Origin: Macrostomum lignano
Taxonomy: Eukaryota
Length of the DNA: 64,000 nt
Direction of reading: 5' to 3'
Assembly (NCBI GenBank): GCA_002269645.1
Contig: NIVC01003089.1
Location: 1 to 64,000, forward strand
Made by a program: the position numbers and the translations under genes. Positions within the stretch are counted from its first letter, which is position 1; each line of letters opens with the position of its first letter. Positions 1-46,646 of this stretch are shown here, piece after piece. The notes under the pieces are model-generated. The model did no database searches. It was given only the letters and a program-made list of their open reading frames with translations, and was not told the DNA's origin.

Positions 1-58
1 GCGTCAATAATTCGTAGAGCATCAGGCGAATGCGTAGAAATCAACGGGATAGCGTAGC
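1..58 (-). pseudogene. Kinase exon 5 (partial; subdomain IX) with 2 frameshifts
   Basis: TAG acceptor, phase 1; GY.. / VDFYAF / LMLYELLT. Confidence 0.65.
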
Positions 59-3000
59 CTAGCAGAGAGCGCGTGATTTTGGCGTCAGTTTGAATTTCTA
101 CGATGTATATCAACTCAGAAGCGTTAGGCTTGAACTTATTTAAACATCTAAAAGTAGGGCATTTCGATAAAGAATAAAGCTTCACCTTTGTCGCTAAAGT
201 ACTCGGGAGCAGCGTAGTAACGAAAGCAGGTGACGGAGAACAGTTTATCGCCCGGTTTCATGTGGTTGTGATGGCAAAATCTGTCCAGTTTAATGTAGCC
301 GCGTGCGTCGACTAGAATATTGCTGGCTGAATGTCGCGGTGCACACAGCCTACGCTGTGCAGATACTCAAGCGCTTAGGATGATCTGAGCAGCAATCATG
401 CGGACCTCTTCTTCCTGTTGGGAAATCGTTGCATTTGCTTTGCTGATTTTGCTTGCTTGCTCACGCTTGATACCTCTATGGATATAGCTTTACCTCAATA
501 TCGATATGGCTTGAACCCTCTATATATAAAGCTCGACCTCTGTATCAAGATATATTGATCCCACTCAATCTGTAGATAGATGACCCCCCTTTTTGATCTG
601 GAGATAGATCGACCCCCCTAGATTTGTAGATTGATTGACCCCCCATTTAGATCTTGAGATAGATTGACCCTCCCTAGATCTGGAGATAGATTGACCCCCC
701 TAGATTTGGAGATAAATTGACCCCCCTTAGATCTGGAGATAGGTTGACCTCCCTTGGATCTGGAGATAGATTGACCCCCCTTAGATCAGGCGATAGATTG
801 ACCCCTTAGATCTGGGGATAGATTGACCCCCCTTAGATCAGGCGATAGATTGACCCCTTAGATCTGGAGATAGATTGACCCCTTAGATCTGGAGATAGAT
901 TGACCCTTAGATCTGGAGATAGATTGACCCTTAGATCTGGAGATAGATTGACCCCTTAGATCAGGCGATAGATTGACCCCTTAGATCTGGAGATAGATTG
1001 ACCCCTTAGATCTGGAGATAGATTGACCCCCCCTTAGATCTGGAGATAGATTGACCCCCTTATATCTAGAGATAGATTGACCCCCCCTTATATCTAGAGA
1101 TAGATTGACCCCCCTCCTCATATCTGGAGATAGATTGACCCTCAGATCTGGAAATAGATTGACCCTTTTGATTTAGATAGATTGATCCCTCAATCTACGA
1201 GTAAATAGATTGACTCCATGATCTAGATAGCTTGAACACTAAAAGAAATTTTGTCTTTTTGATACGGACCTACCGCCAAATCTGCATGACTAGGTTAAAC
1301 CTATAGATTTGGCTACTTGTATATTTACACCCCAATCGATGTACACCTAAAACTAGGGGGAGTCGGAAAACTTGTTTTACCTTGAGGGCCGGCTAGATAA
1401 GAGAGGAATAAAGAGGAATAGAGACAGAAGGGCAGAGGCTAGAAAAGAGATAATGGAAGAGGAAAGAGGAGATGAGATGAGAGGAGAGAGAAGAGAGCAG
1501 AGAGGAGGCACAAACCTAATTTGTACCGGATTGGGCCGGAGTTTGCCGAGCCCTGCTCTAAAACAATCAGCCCCAAAGATGCACCTTGAATTGGCAGACA
1601 ATCTTTCCAGACTCGAGCTTCTCATAATAGTCCAATAGAGTGCCGTGCGGAAAGTCTTCCATCAGTACGCCAAAGTTGAAATTGTTATCGGTAAAAAGCC
1701 GAGACCGTTGCGCACAAACGGATGATCGAATGCGAATAAGAATTGGCGTTCCAATAGGTAGCTACGAATCTCCTCGTCGTACTCTTGCTCCTTGAAGCGA
1801 GCGTTGTCAAATTGAAATGGATTCGACTACAGCTGACAATTTTTGCAGCGATACAACTGGCCAGTTTTACGATTTCGAATTAGCGGACAGATGGCGTGGT
1901 GTCCTGGGAAACGAGAGGACAGGTAAGAGCGATGTCGATTAAGTTTGTACAGAAAGGGCTTAAGCACTGCCGCGAATCAAGATGACAATCGAACCTACCC
2001 TTTCGAATGCTTTCGTCATTCTCCACCAGAGCATAATGGTCCCAATTGATTTTGCCCAGCGCACTACTTGAGTCGTAGTCCTTGTAAGGCACAGACATTC
2101 GCTTATTGAACGAGCCAACCCATTCCGATTCGAGTTGGTCGAAAAAGTCTGGCATTTTGGATTCGGATTTGCTTAAATTGGGCTGCGGCTTCGGTTGAAA
2201 CTCGGCCATATCGTCGGCATCGTCTTCGTCATCTTCATCGTCCTGGTCGTTAGCGGCATCGTCGTTTCCTTGGTTGTTGTCCTCATTGTCATTTTCGTCG
2301 GATGATGAAGATTCTATGCACGGCGGGGCCTTCTTTGCAGCTGTGGCGCCCGCCTCCTTTACGGGGTTATCTGTTGTTTCAAGAAGAGTTAAATAGGTTT
2401 AACAAATAACTAGATCTCTTACACGATCTTTCAACCAAAATTCCAAATCAAGGAAATGAATTGGGGACAGGAATCATTGGTCCAGGGAAGGAAGAAAAGG
2501 GTTGCTTATCTTTGATTCATTGGTGGATGCGAAGGGGCAAAAAATGAAATGGTTGTCTTTGATTCTTTCAAAGCGCGCTGGGGAAGGGAAATAAATAAGT
2601 GTGGTTATCTTTGATTCTTTAGCGCGGATGGTAAGCGCAATAAAAGCGGTTGGTGATTATCTTTGAAGCATCAGCGTGACTAGGGAAGGGCAATAAAACG
2701 GGGGTGGTTATCTTTGAACCATCAGCGTGGCTGGGGATGGGCAAAAATGGGGTGGTGGTTATCTTTAACTATCAGCGTGGCTAGGGAAGTGCAATAAAAC
2801 GGGGTGGTGGTTATCTTTGAACCATCAGCGTGGTTGGGGTGGGCAATAAAACGGGGTGAGGATTATCTTTGAACCATCAGCGTGGCTGGGGATGGGTAAA
2901 AATGGGTGGTGGTTATCTTTAAACTATCAGCGTGGCTAGGGAAGTGCAATAAAACGGGGTGGTGGTTATCTTTGAACCATCAGCGTGGCTGGGGATGGGC

Positions 3001-3438
3001 AAAAATGGGGTGGTGGTTATCTTTAAACTATCAGCGTGGCTAGGGAAGTGCAATAAAACGGGGTGGTGGTTATCTTTGAACCATCAGCGTGGCTAGGGAA
3101 GTGCAATAAAACGGGGTGGTGGTTATCTTTGAACCATCAGCGTGGTTGGGGATGGGCAATAAACGGGGTGGTGGTTATCTTTGAACCATCAGCGTGGTTA
3201 GGGATGGGCAAAAAACGGGATGGTGTTTATCTTTGAATTAATACCACAGCTGCTAAGGGCAATAAATAAGGCAATATTGTATGCCTTTTTATACTTTCAT
3301 TAATTGTATTTCAACTAGGAGTTAATTACCCGCAGTTGTATCGTCTCCACTAAGCGGTCCAAGAAAGTCGCAAGCGGCTGCAACAAACTCGGCATCGTGA
3401 CGTTTGGGCTGCTCGACTGTAGCTTCGACTGAGTCCAT
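1..3438 (-). CDS. PKA/AGC-like Ser/Thr kinase or pseudokinase, 5 visible exons, truncated at the window edge, frameshifted as given
   Basis: Repaired translation has TGQLY.CKIV, ERQFLFAFDHPFV, LMEDFPHGTL, AQIILALEYLHS..VHRDIQP.NILVD..GYIKL, YAAPEY and VDFYAFGLMLYELL; GT-AG phases are consistent. Confidence 0.85.
186..414 (-). pseudogene. Kinase exon 4 (catalytic and activation loops) with 4 single-base frameshifts
   Basis: EEEVRMIAAQIIL / LEYLHSVGCVHRDIQP / NILVDARGYIKL / YAAPEYFSDK; CAG acceptor, GTGAAG donor. Confidence 0.82.
575..1200. repeat. Minisatellite of about 25 bp (GATAGATTGACCCCTTAGATCTGGA), variable C-run, in a kinase intron
   Basis: Visible tandem units. Confidence 0.9.
1395..1510. 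repeat. Polypurine (GA-rich) tract
   Basis: Almost only A and G on the plus strand. Confidence 0.8.
1585..1903 (-). pseudogene. Kinase exon 3 (N-lobe) with 3 single-base frameshifts
   Basis: HHAICPLIRNRKTGQLY / KIV / ERQFLFAFDHPFV / TDNNFNFGVLMEDFPHG lie in three frames; CAG acceptor, GTGCAT donor. Confidence 0.8.
1999..2370 (-). CDS. Kinase exon 2 (acidic D/E/N tract...NWDHYALVENDESIRK)
   Basis: CAG acceptor, GTAGGT donor, 372 nt open, phase 1/1. Confidence 0.78.
2520..3240. repeat. Minisatellite of about 53 bp (GGTTATCTTTGAACCATCAGCGTGG...), kinase intron 1
   Basis: Period of 53 between core copies. Confidence 0.9.
3330..3438 (-). CDS. Kinase exon 1 (MDSVEATVEQPK...GDDTTA)
   Basis: Perfect Kozak context GCCGCCATGG; GTAATT donor, phase 1, matches the next acceptor. 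Confidence 0.7.
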
Positions 3439-5056
3439 GGCGGCGCTATTGGCTTCTTTTAGATCGATAGCTTTTGTTTATTATAAAAACTATTTTAATT
3501 AAATATTGATTAGCTACTATTCTGTTCTTGAATCTATAAAAATATAGCCTTGAAATTTGGCTAAAAAAATCGGCAAGTAAGACAAGCAAGGACGTAGAAA
3601 GTTGAAATGCCTGCAAGCAAATTTCTATAGCTAAAGGAAGAAAATGAGCAATAGCTGCGAAGAAGAAAAACAAGACAAAGACAGAACAGGCACGCAGTAC
3701 TATATAGACTTCAAACATAGACTATGAAATTGATTGATGCCAAAAAAATTCATAGACTACGAGTATACATGTATCTGCGATAAAATTTTGATCGCTGCTT
3801 AATTTTATAAAATCGCTCTGATGCTGCAAGCACTGGACTAATAATTTAACTATAGTACATTTATTATACTAATTAAATAAATTTGCGTGCAATATTTAGT
3901 TATATAACGTGGATAATATAGATAATTACACTATGCCACTACTCGTTAATCTAAGTTATCGTTTAAATATAGCAAAAAGTTTATTAACAAAAAATGATCA
4001 TTTGGGCTAATAAGCAGGGTTTGGTCAAACGAAATTGATTAATCAATAGCTAATGCACGATTACTCGTAAATCAAACTGGTTAGTAGAGTTAGTAAGAAT
4101 TTTATATCAAGGTATATAAATCAAACTGGATGGAGAAGGACCAGATATCGAGACGAAAGACGATTTGAGCTGAGACAATCAGACAGATGGGCTTTGAGAA
4201 GGAGACAGGCCTTTGGTCTAGCGATCGACTAACCCGCGCATCCGTAATTTAACTTAGTTGCGCACCAAAATCTGGTGCTGGCGAGCGTACATGCATGTAT
4301 CATAGTTTTTCAATGACCATTTATTATAAAAGCAAAAACAGTAAGTATATGAATGTATAGTTATAAGTAGGAAGATTCTGTCATCAGTAAACTAATATCG
4401 TAGAAATGCAATGTCTAGTTTGTAGAATGCTAGCTATCTCAGGAAAAACACATACGTGACTATAGTATAGTAAGCATATAGTCAGCTATTATTAAAGCTC
4501 TTAAGCGTTTTTATGAAGTCTATACCGAAAAACTACCAAGTAGAAATTTATTTAGCCATCTACATGTGTATATTCAGTGGGTTTATTTTGGCTAGCTATT
4601 TCTACTCTTTGAAAATTTTTCTCAACTAGAAGCACTGCTTAAAGTACAAGCAATGAAAATTTAAATGGATTATATTCCATCAATTTACGGGAACAAAGTT
4701 AGTTTATAGTAAGATTAGAAAGCTATGAAAATTGTGCGCATTATTATAACTAAAAATAGTTTTTTGTCAATGTAATTAAAACAATTAGGAAGGAAAAATT
4801 GAAATAAAATAGGAATTCATCTATTATAACATATTTTCTTTTAACGGACAGTTAGGTTAAAAGGTGATAAACTTTGAAGTGTTTGTTCCAGATTTTTGTC
4901 CAAAATAACGAATTTGCAGTTTTTTGTCTACTTAAATGGATTGCGATTTTCCCATGGGACTCACCAAACTATAGCCGACACACAGAGTATATCATTATTT
5001 TATTTAGATTGTTACTCAGTCACTCCGAGTGTCACTCGTAATATCACCCCGTCACT

Positions 5057-5062
5057 TTTATT
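5057..5062 (-). terminator. Candidate polyadenylation signal AATAAA for NF1
   Basis: AATAAA on the minus strand about 160 nt after the TAG at 5220. Confidence 0.4.
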
Positions 5063-5219
5063 GTCACTCCGTCTCTCTAATTACAGTCACTCTGTCCCCT
5101 GCACAGAAAGTGTTATTACAGCAAACAGCTGTTTCTGATAAACAAATTCACAAAGTTCAATTGACGCAATTAATTAAAAAATGTAACGCAGCTTTTTTAT
5201 CAAATTTGATTTCTGCACT

Positions 5220-40240
<35,021 letters not shown>

Positions 40241-41726
40241 TCTTAAGATAAAAAGTCCGATTTCACGAAAAGGCTCTGTGCAACATCATCTTTACAGTAG
40301 CAATTTTTATTGCACACTACTTTCTCTGTCTAACCCAGTTCGGAAGGTTCACTTGAGTAAACCAATTACATTAAGTTAAAATGCAAAAAAGTTATAAGAC
40401 AAAGCGGTCAGCTGATTTAAGAATATTAAATAGAATCTGTTAGATCTGTTTTCTTTTTTATTGTGATTTTAAAATAACGCGTAAAATTAACGCGCACTAT
40501 GCACCTACGTTAACAAAAAGTACTCGTAATTTGTTAGTCTTCAGAAAAAATACATTAGACATTTTATCTAATTTCTTATTTTTTAGACATTTTTACACTC
40601 TTAAATGTTAATGTAAATGTAAAACGGTCTAATGAATACGCTTTGTGAATATGGAAATTAAGGAAGTGCGCATCGTTGTGCAGCTGCATGTACATCTTAT
40701 GTTGAACGCTGAACCCAGGGATTATTTAGAGCGGATTATTTAGTAGTAACGAAGTGTTGAATTTTTCCGGCCTATACTCCAATATGTACACTATATTTTA
40801 CTTCGATGATGGACATATTTCTTTCGCGTTCGTTAAACACGTGCACATTTCAAAGGATAGACCGACGCTGATCTACATGTACTTACGTTTCTGGAACACA
40901 TGTTAGAAGCCTGTGCACCTTTATGATCAGCGGTACATGGTACACTCATACGCCAACAATATTATAAGACATAATTTAACAAGAAACTCTTAAGAAGGAA
41001 AATCTGTGAGAAAATCTTGTCACTGTTAAATTGATGAAAAGCGTATTTTAACGAGCGTACTTAAAATAGGAAATATGCAGCTATATGTACACGTATCTAG
41101 ATAATCATATAAGTACAACGTGAAAGTTCACATTTGCATATACTTAAAATAACATTCAGCTCATTTAGAATCACAAATACTTGATTTTGATTTTCAAAAT
41201 ATTTGATAACAAGCTTACATGTTAGCTAGATATAATGTATTACACTGAATGCTTATCTCAAAAATTTCCATCTCATCAAGCCTTTTCTAATTCCTCTCGA
41301 TCCCTTTAATTGTGATTACCAATGGCATATAATCCTTAATTTAGGCCACGCCCCATATGCAAGCAGAGCTGGGTAAAACCATGTATTTATTTTGCTATAA
41401 TAGTTGTGTACGCGCAAATTTTTTAGGTCGATTGAATCTATGCTGTACCGCTATTATTAGTAAAATAGCAACTAAAAGTCCAATATCTATTGGTGTGCCA
41501 ATGCAATCTGCGGAGATCGCGGAGAAGTTATTTATTTAGCTGCACTCTGCGCATTTACTATGCAAACTTAATGTTGGGTGCACATATCTGCGCATGGACT
41601 TGATCAAAGTGTTTGTTTTAGGGAAAGTGAGAGATCGCGACTGGGTCAGTACATGTAAAAGTGTAATGCAGAGCAGGGAATGAATGGGACTTAGCCTAGA
41701 TTTTTTAGGCAAAATCCTGTGATAGG

Positions 41727-42421
41727 GCTTTAGCACCAAGGGGCTTTAGCACCAAGGGGCTTTAGCACCAAGGGGCTTTAGCACCAAGGGGCTTTAGCAC
41801 CAAGGGGCTTTAGCACCAAGAGGCTTTAGCACCAAGAGGCTTTAGCACCAAGGGGCTTTAGCACCAAGGGGCGGCAGCACCAAGGGGCGCCAGCACCAAG
41901 GGGCGCCAGCACCAAGGGGCTTTAGCACCAAGGGGCTTTAGCACCAAGGGGCTTTAGCACCAAGGGGCTTTAGCACCAAGGGGCTTTAGCACCAAAGGGC
42001 TTTAGCACCAAGGGGCTTTAGCACCAAGGGGCTTTAGCACCAAGGGGCTTTAGCACCAAGGGGCTTTAGCACCAAGGGGCTTTAGCACCAAGGGGCTTTA
42101 GCACCAAGGGGCGCCAGCACAAAGGGGCGCCAGCACAAAGGGGCGCCAGCACAAAGGGGCGCCAGCATAGTGGGGCGCCAGCACAAAGGGGCGCCAGCAC
42201 AAAGGGGCGCCAGCACAAAGGGGCGCCAGCACAAAGGGGCGCCAGCATAGAGGGGCGCCAGCACAAAGGGGCGCCAGCACAAAGGGCGCCAGCATAGAGG
42301 GGCGCCAGCATAGAGGGGCGCCAGCATAGAGGGGCGCCAGCACAAAGGGGCGCCAGCACAAAGGGGCGCCAGCACAAAGGGGCGCCAGCACAAAGGGGCG
42401 CCAGCACAAAGGGGCGCCAGC
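41727..42421. repeat. 16-bp minisatellite with two unit types (GCTTTAGCACCAAGGG / GCGCCAGCACAAAGGG)
   Basis: Visible units; intergenic between NF1 and the ENaC gene. Confidence 0.95.
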
Positions 42422-43199
42422 GACAATGCTACTGATAATGTCGCTACACAATACATGTATTTTTTCTACTCTAACCATTATTTTGCATATCAATACAAGG
42501 TGTATTGGTACACAGCAATCATGACTGTGCTATATTTAACTTGTATTTTTCATCTTCTGTCTGTCTGGACAAGAAAGCAACAACATGGGAGACTGTTTGA
42601 TGATGAACAGATGTTCTCACACTTGCTAGAGTCACGCACTGCGCATTAAGCAGGGGAGGGGGATAGAAGCCATGTAGGATATCCTAACACAGCTATCAGC
42701 AGCTGCTCAACTCTCCTCTTCTTCATCAGAATATTCTGAGTCGACTCTATATGCGTACTCCTCAATGTGCATAAATTTGTACGCAGCCAAATATGAAATA
42801 TTAATTATCATCTGGGCGTAGGGGCAGATGAACTCAGGCTCAGGTCAATACAAACTGCATTAAAAATACGAGTATGGTGGCATGAATATTTGAAAGATGT
42901 TAAACCGTGTTTTCAGGGCTCTCTACTAGCTAGTGTGGCATAACTTTACAACCATATCTGCTATTAAACTGATGGTTTCTGCTGCTGCAGATGGTTGTAA
43001 AAACTCAGTAGTGTTTCTCATTAGTTTTATCGTCTTTATCGTTTATTAGATAGAATCTTGAATAAAATTTCTAAACGTATACGGTTCGATTACATTTAGA
43101 GCATCGATAAATCAATAAGCTGAAAGAAAATCAATAAATATTATAAAATGATTACAGTATACAATAAGACGAATCAAAAGATGAGAAATATATATATTT

Positions 43200-43216
43200 C
43201 AATTAATCAATCAATT

Positions 43217-43279
<63 letters not shown>

Positions 43280-43490
43280 CAACCAATAAATCAATTAATT
43301 AACCAGTCAATCAATCAACCAACCAACCAACGAGTAAATCAATCCATCAATCAATCAATCAATTAATCAATCACAATCAATCAATCAATCAATCAATCAT
43401 TCAGCCAATAAATCAATTAATTAACCAGTCAATCAACCAACCAATGAGTAAATTAATCCATCAATCAATCAATCAATCAACCAATCAAAT
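43200..43490. repeat. (AATC)n microsatellite, imperfect, internally duplicated
   Basis: Visible. Confidence 0.9.
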
Positions 43491-43721
43491 CTTCTATCTA
43501 TCTATCAATTTACTAATCAAATGATCAACCGATAAATTAGCCAATAGAAAAAATCGATACATATGTTACACAGTCAAGAATTTCATCAATTATTGGTCAT
43601 GAATCTTCCAGACCTTCAAATATTAATAATTACAAATATTATAAATCATTCGCTCAGGTAAAAACTTGAAAATAGTTTAAACAGTCATACATCAATTATA
43701 GTTGCACATGGCTGCATTTCG

Positions 43722-44346
43722 TCAGAGTTTGCTAAAAGTCTGAGTGGCAAAGCCGCCCCCGCCCCCGCCGCTAATCAAGTCGGAGCTTCCGCCAGGCTCC
43801 GGCTGCTTTCTTGGCGCCGCTTCGGCGCCATCATCCGATTGCGTGGCAGGACGTGCCCCCGGCAAGGAAACAACGACTCGCTTTGCCACATAGTACAGCA
43901 GCTCCATGAGCTCAACAGTAGTAATGATGGTCAGGCCGGCCCAGAGCGAGAACGCGCCACCGATTTGAGAAATCAGGGCCTCCAAGGTGATCTGGAGTTT
44001 TTCTTCGCTAATTGTCAGCATAATGTCCGGGCGGAACACGTGCAATCTAAGGAAATTCTCTCTGATTAGATCGGTGCCAAGATTGTCTAACAGAGCCGTA
44101 GCTTCGCTGAGGCGACCGCTGTCAATTAGGGCGCTAGCCTCGGCGTAGACTTTGAATTTTCTAGCCAGATGCGAGTTTCCTTTGATGTGATAGCGGTAGA
44201 AATCGATCTCGTTCGATTTTGGCGGCCACAACGATTGATAGGCCGTTGTGCGATAGGAGATTTCTTCGCAAGGCTGGGGGCATTGGGTCTCGCCGTGGCT
44301 CGAAGTTGGGTCAGATGACAGCTCGATTTTTAGGCCGCACACCAGC
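43722..44346 (-). CDS. DEG/ENaC exon 2 (KLVCGLK...TM2...TQTFSKL-stop)
   Basis: TAG acceptor, phase 2, in frame with exon 1; TGA at 43724-43722. Confidence 0.92.
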
Positions 44347-46646
44347 CTAGAGTTGTGTGAGTGTGAAAACGAAAGTGTGAAATGGGCGCGTGGCGTGAGA
44401 GGTCCCCTATAATAAGGATAGAAACTCTTGGAGTGGTGGGTGGGCGGGGCGAGGGTTTGCCTAAGATAAAGACAGAAAGTCTTGGGGTGGTGGGTGCGTG
44501 GCGTGAGAGTCCCCTATAATAAGGATAGAAACTCTTGGGTTGGTGGGTGGGCGGGGTGAGGGTTTGCCTAAGATAAAGACAGAAAGTCTTGGGGTGGTGG
44601 GTGCGCGGTGTGAGAGTCCCCTATAATAAGGATAGAAACTCTTGGGGTGGTGGGTGGGCGGGGTGAGGGTTTGCCTAAGATAAAGACATAAAGTCTTGGG
44701 GTGGTGGGTGTGTGGCGTGAGAGTCCCCTATAATAAGGATAGAAACTCTTGGGGTGGTGGGTGCGCGGCGTGAGGTGGTCCCTAAAAGGGTATGAAATTG
44801 ATGGTCGGAATGCCCTGCCGAGATCAATTAAGAGCTAATTAACTCAGCACTATGTCACTAGGCTAATTGCTTAAATAGTTGATAACCGCTTAATTTGGCA
44901 AATCAGTGTTTTGCAAAAAGCGTGTTTGCCGGGGAGATTAGCGCTATGAAGAAAGGCATCGCCCACGTGTATGTATATTGAGAGATTAATTTTGGGGTTG
45001 CCTTCAATTTGTCACGCATACGAGCGTAAATGCTATACTGACAGAATTTAATTAAATTGCACGCACATCATACAGCGCTTGTGCCAATCATCTTTGGGGG
45101 GGGTAATTTAATCCCATCTGTCAGAGCTCAGCTCATCTCATCTTCATACTCAGCCCATCTCTGACTCAGCGGGGATGCAATTTTTTTTCCTATTTAATTT
45201 TCCTCCAAAACCACCCAGTTTAATGGGTTCTTCTGGGAATGAATTCATTTTTATACTGATAAATTTTAGCCAAATTTGGAATCTGGAAAGGTAATGGCCC
45301 AGCAACTGAGGATCTGGGAGGCTGACCCAGCAACTGAGGATCTGGGAGGCTGGCCCAGCAACTGAGGATCCGGGAGGCTGGCCCAGCAACTGAGGATCTG
45401 GGTAATATATCTAGTCATCCCTTCAGATGAGCACTGCATAATCCGTAATTGCAATTTTTATTATCCTAAACAAACCCTTCTATGCAAACCCGTCAAATGC
45501 CACTCACTTTTTAATCGTGGCGTTGAGCGCCGCATTGCGGACACTCTCCACCGAGGAGAAGGCGTCTTGCGACACCTCGCCGCAGAAGCCTTGACTCGCC
45601 AGCTCCTCCGGCACCGGGTGATTCGGATCGGTGCAGTTGCAGCTCCGCGCAATCATTCGTTGAATCATGAGTCGGCGACAGATTGTGGATTTGTAAGCGA
45701 ACGGCCGGATCTCCTGGTAGAGAGCCAGGATGTCCTGGTCGAGCTTCCTAGTGCACGGATCCTTGGCAAAGTGCTCCAGTTTCACCTCCTTGTTCACGCT
45801 TGTGATCTCAATTACACTTTTAGTTCCCGGCAGGACGTGCACGCCGTGATAGCCCTCCGGATAGGTGCGAGCCGTGTGCACCATGACGAAAGCGCCGATC
45901 GAGTCCTCGAGGGTGAACAGAGCCGCCTTGGATTCGTCGCCCAGGTGGCTGCGATTGAACAAAGAAGACTCGGTGTCCAGGTACATGTCCATCTCAACTG
46001 AGAACGTGCTATTGGAAATGTTCTGCGGCGGCGACAGCATGAAGCAGGTGAGGTAACGAGAACTAAACAGTTCCTGAACGTCCCGAGTCGGATCGCAACG
46101 CATCGATCTCAGTTTTGAGTTGGACGAATACGTGAAATTGCACGTGTTGTTCAGCACGAACTCGTAGAATTTGAGTCCCGTTTTTTCGCTGGCCTTGCGG
46201 CCCCAGTTACGCAGAAAAAAGGACTTCCAAGTTAGCGAACGGAAGTCCTCGCTGCTAGCCTGCAGTCGAAGGAACGCGTCGTTGTACATGTCGGCCGTGA
46301 CATTGTCTAACGGCGATGTCGAGGCAAAGATTCTGTCGAGCAAAGTAGCTGAGAACGGCTGCAGATTGCAGATGGTTACCGATGGGAACGGCGCCTTCTG
46401 CGAGTTGAACTCGTTCTTGATCTCGTAGACAGTCTGGTAGGTGCTGAACTGCATCACCAGCCGGATGGTGAAGTAGAATGAGACAGTCAGAAAGCCAAGC
46501 ACCGACACGGCCCAGATGACCGACCAGCCAAGCGACCGAGCTCTCAAGAGCCTGGGGACGCCTCTAACCGATGAGAACGTGAGAAAACGCAGAAACTCAT
46601 CGCCAACAGTCTGAGGCTTGTTGGCCCGTGCGGCTCGATCGCGCAT
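43722..46646 (-). CDS. DEG/ENaC (amiloride-sensitive sodium channel family) subunit, 2 coding exons, about 587 aa
   Basis: TM1 after SSVRGVPRL, FPSVTICNLQPF, Cys-rich extracellular loop, CPQPCEEISY, TM2 ISQIGGAFSLWAGLTIITTVEL. Confidence 0.93.
44385..44780. repeat. 107-bp G-rich tandem repeat, about 3.6 copies, ENaC intron
   Basis: CCTATAATAAGGATAG recurs with a period of 107. Confidence 0.92.
45295..45405. repeat. 28-bp tandem repeat x4 (CAGCAACTGAGGATCTGGGAGGCTGGCC), ENaC intron
   Basis: Visible units. Confidence 0.9.
45508..46646 (-). CDS. DEG/ENaC exon 1
   Basis: 1139 nt open; GTGAGT donor, phase 2. Confidence 0.92.

Noticed and set aside
1880-1998. C-terminal part of track ORF 1880-2209
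   Set aside because: It is intron 2 of the kinase plus an out-of-frame piece of exon 3.
40476-40830. ACGCGT and TTTCGCG cell-cycle-type motifs upstream of NF1
   Set aside because: Short motifs are expected by chance, and the transcription start is unknown.
42066-42493. LAPLCAGAPLCWRP ORFs
   Set aside because: Artefact of the 16-bp array.
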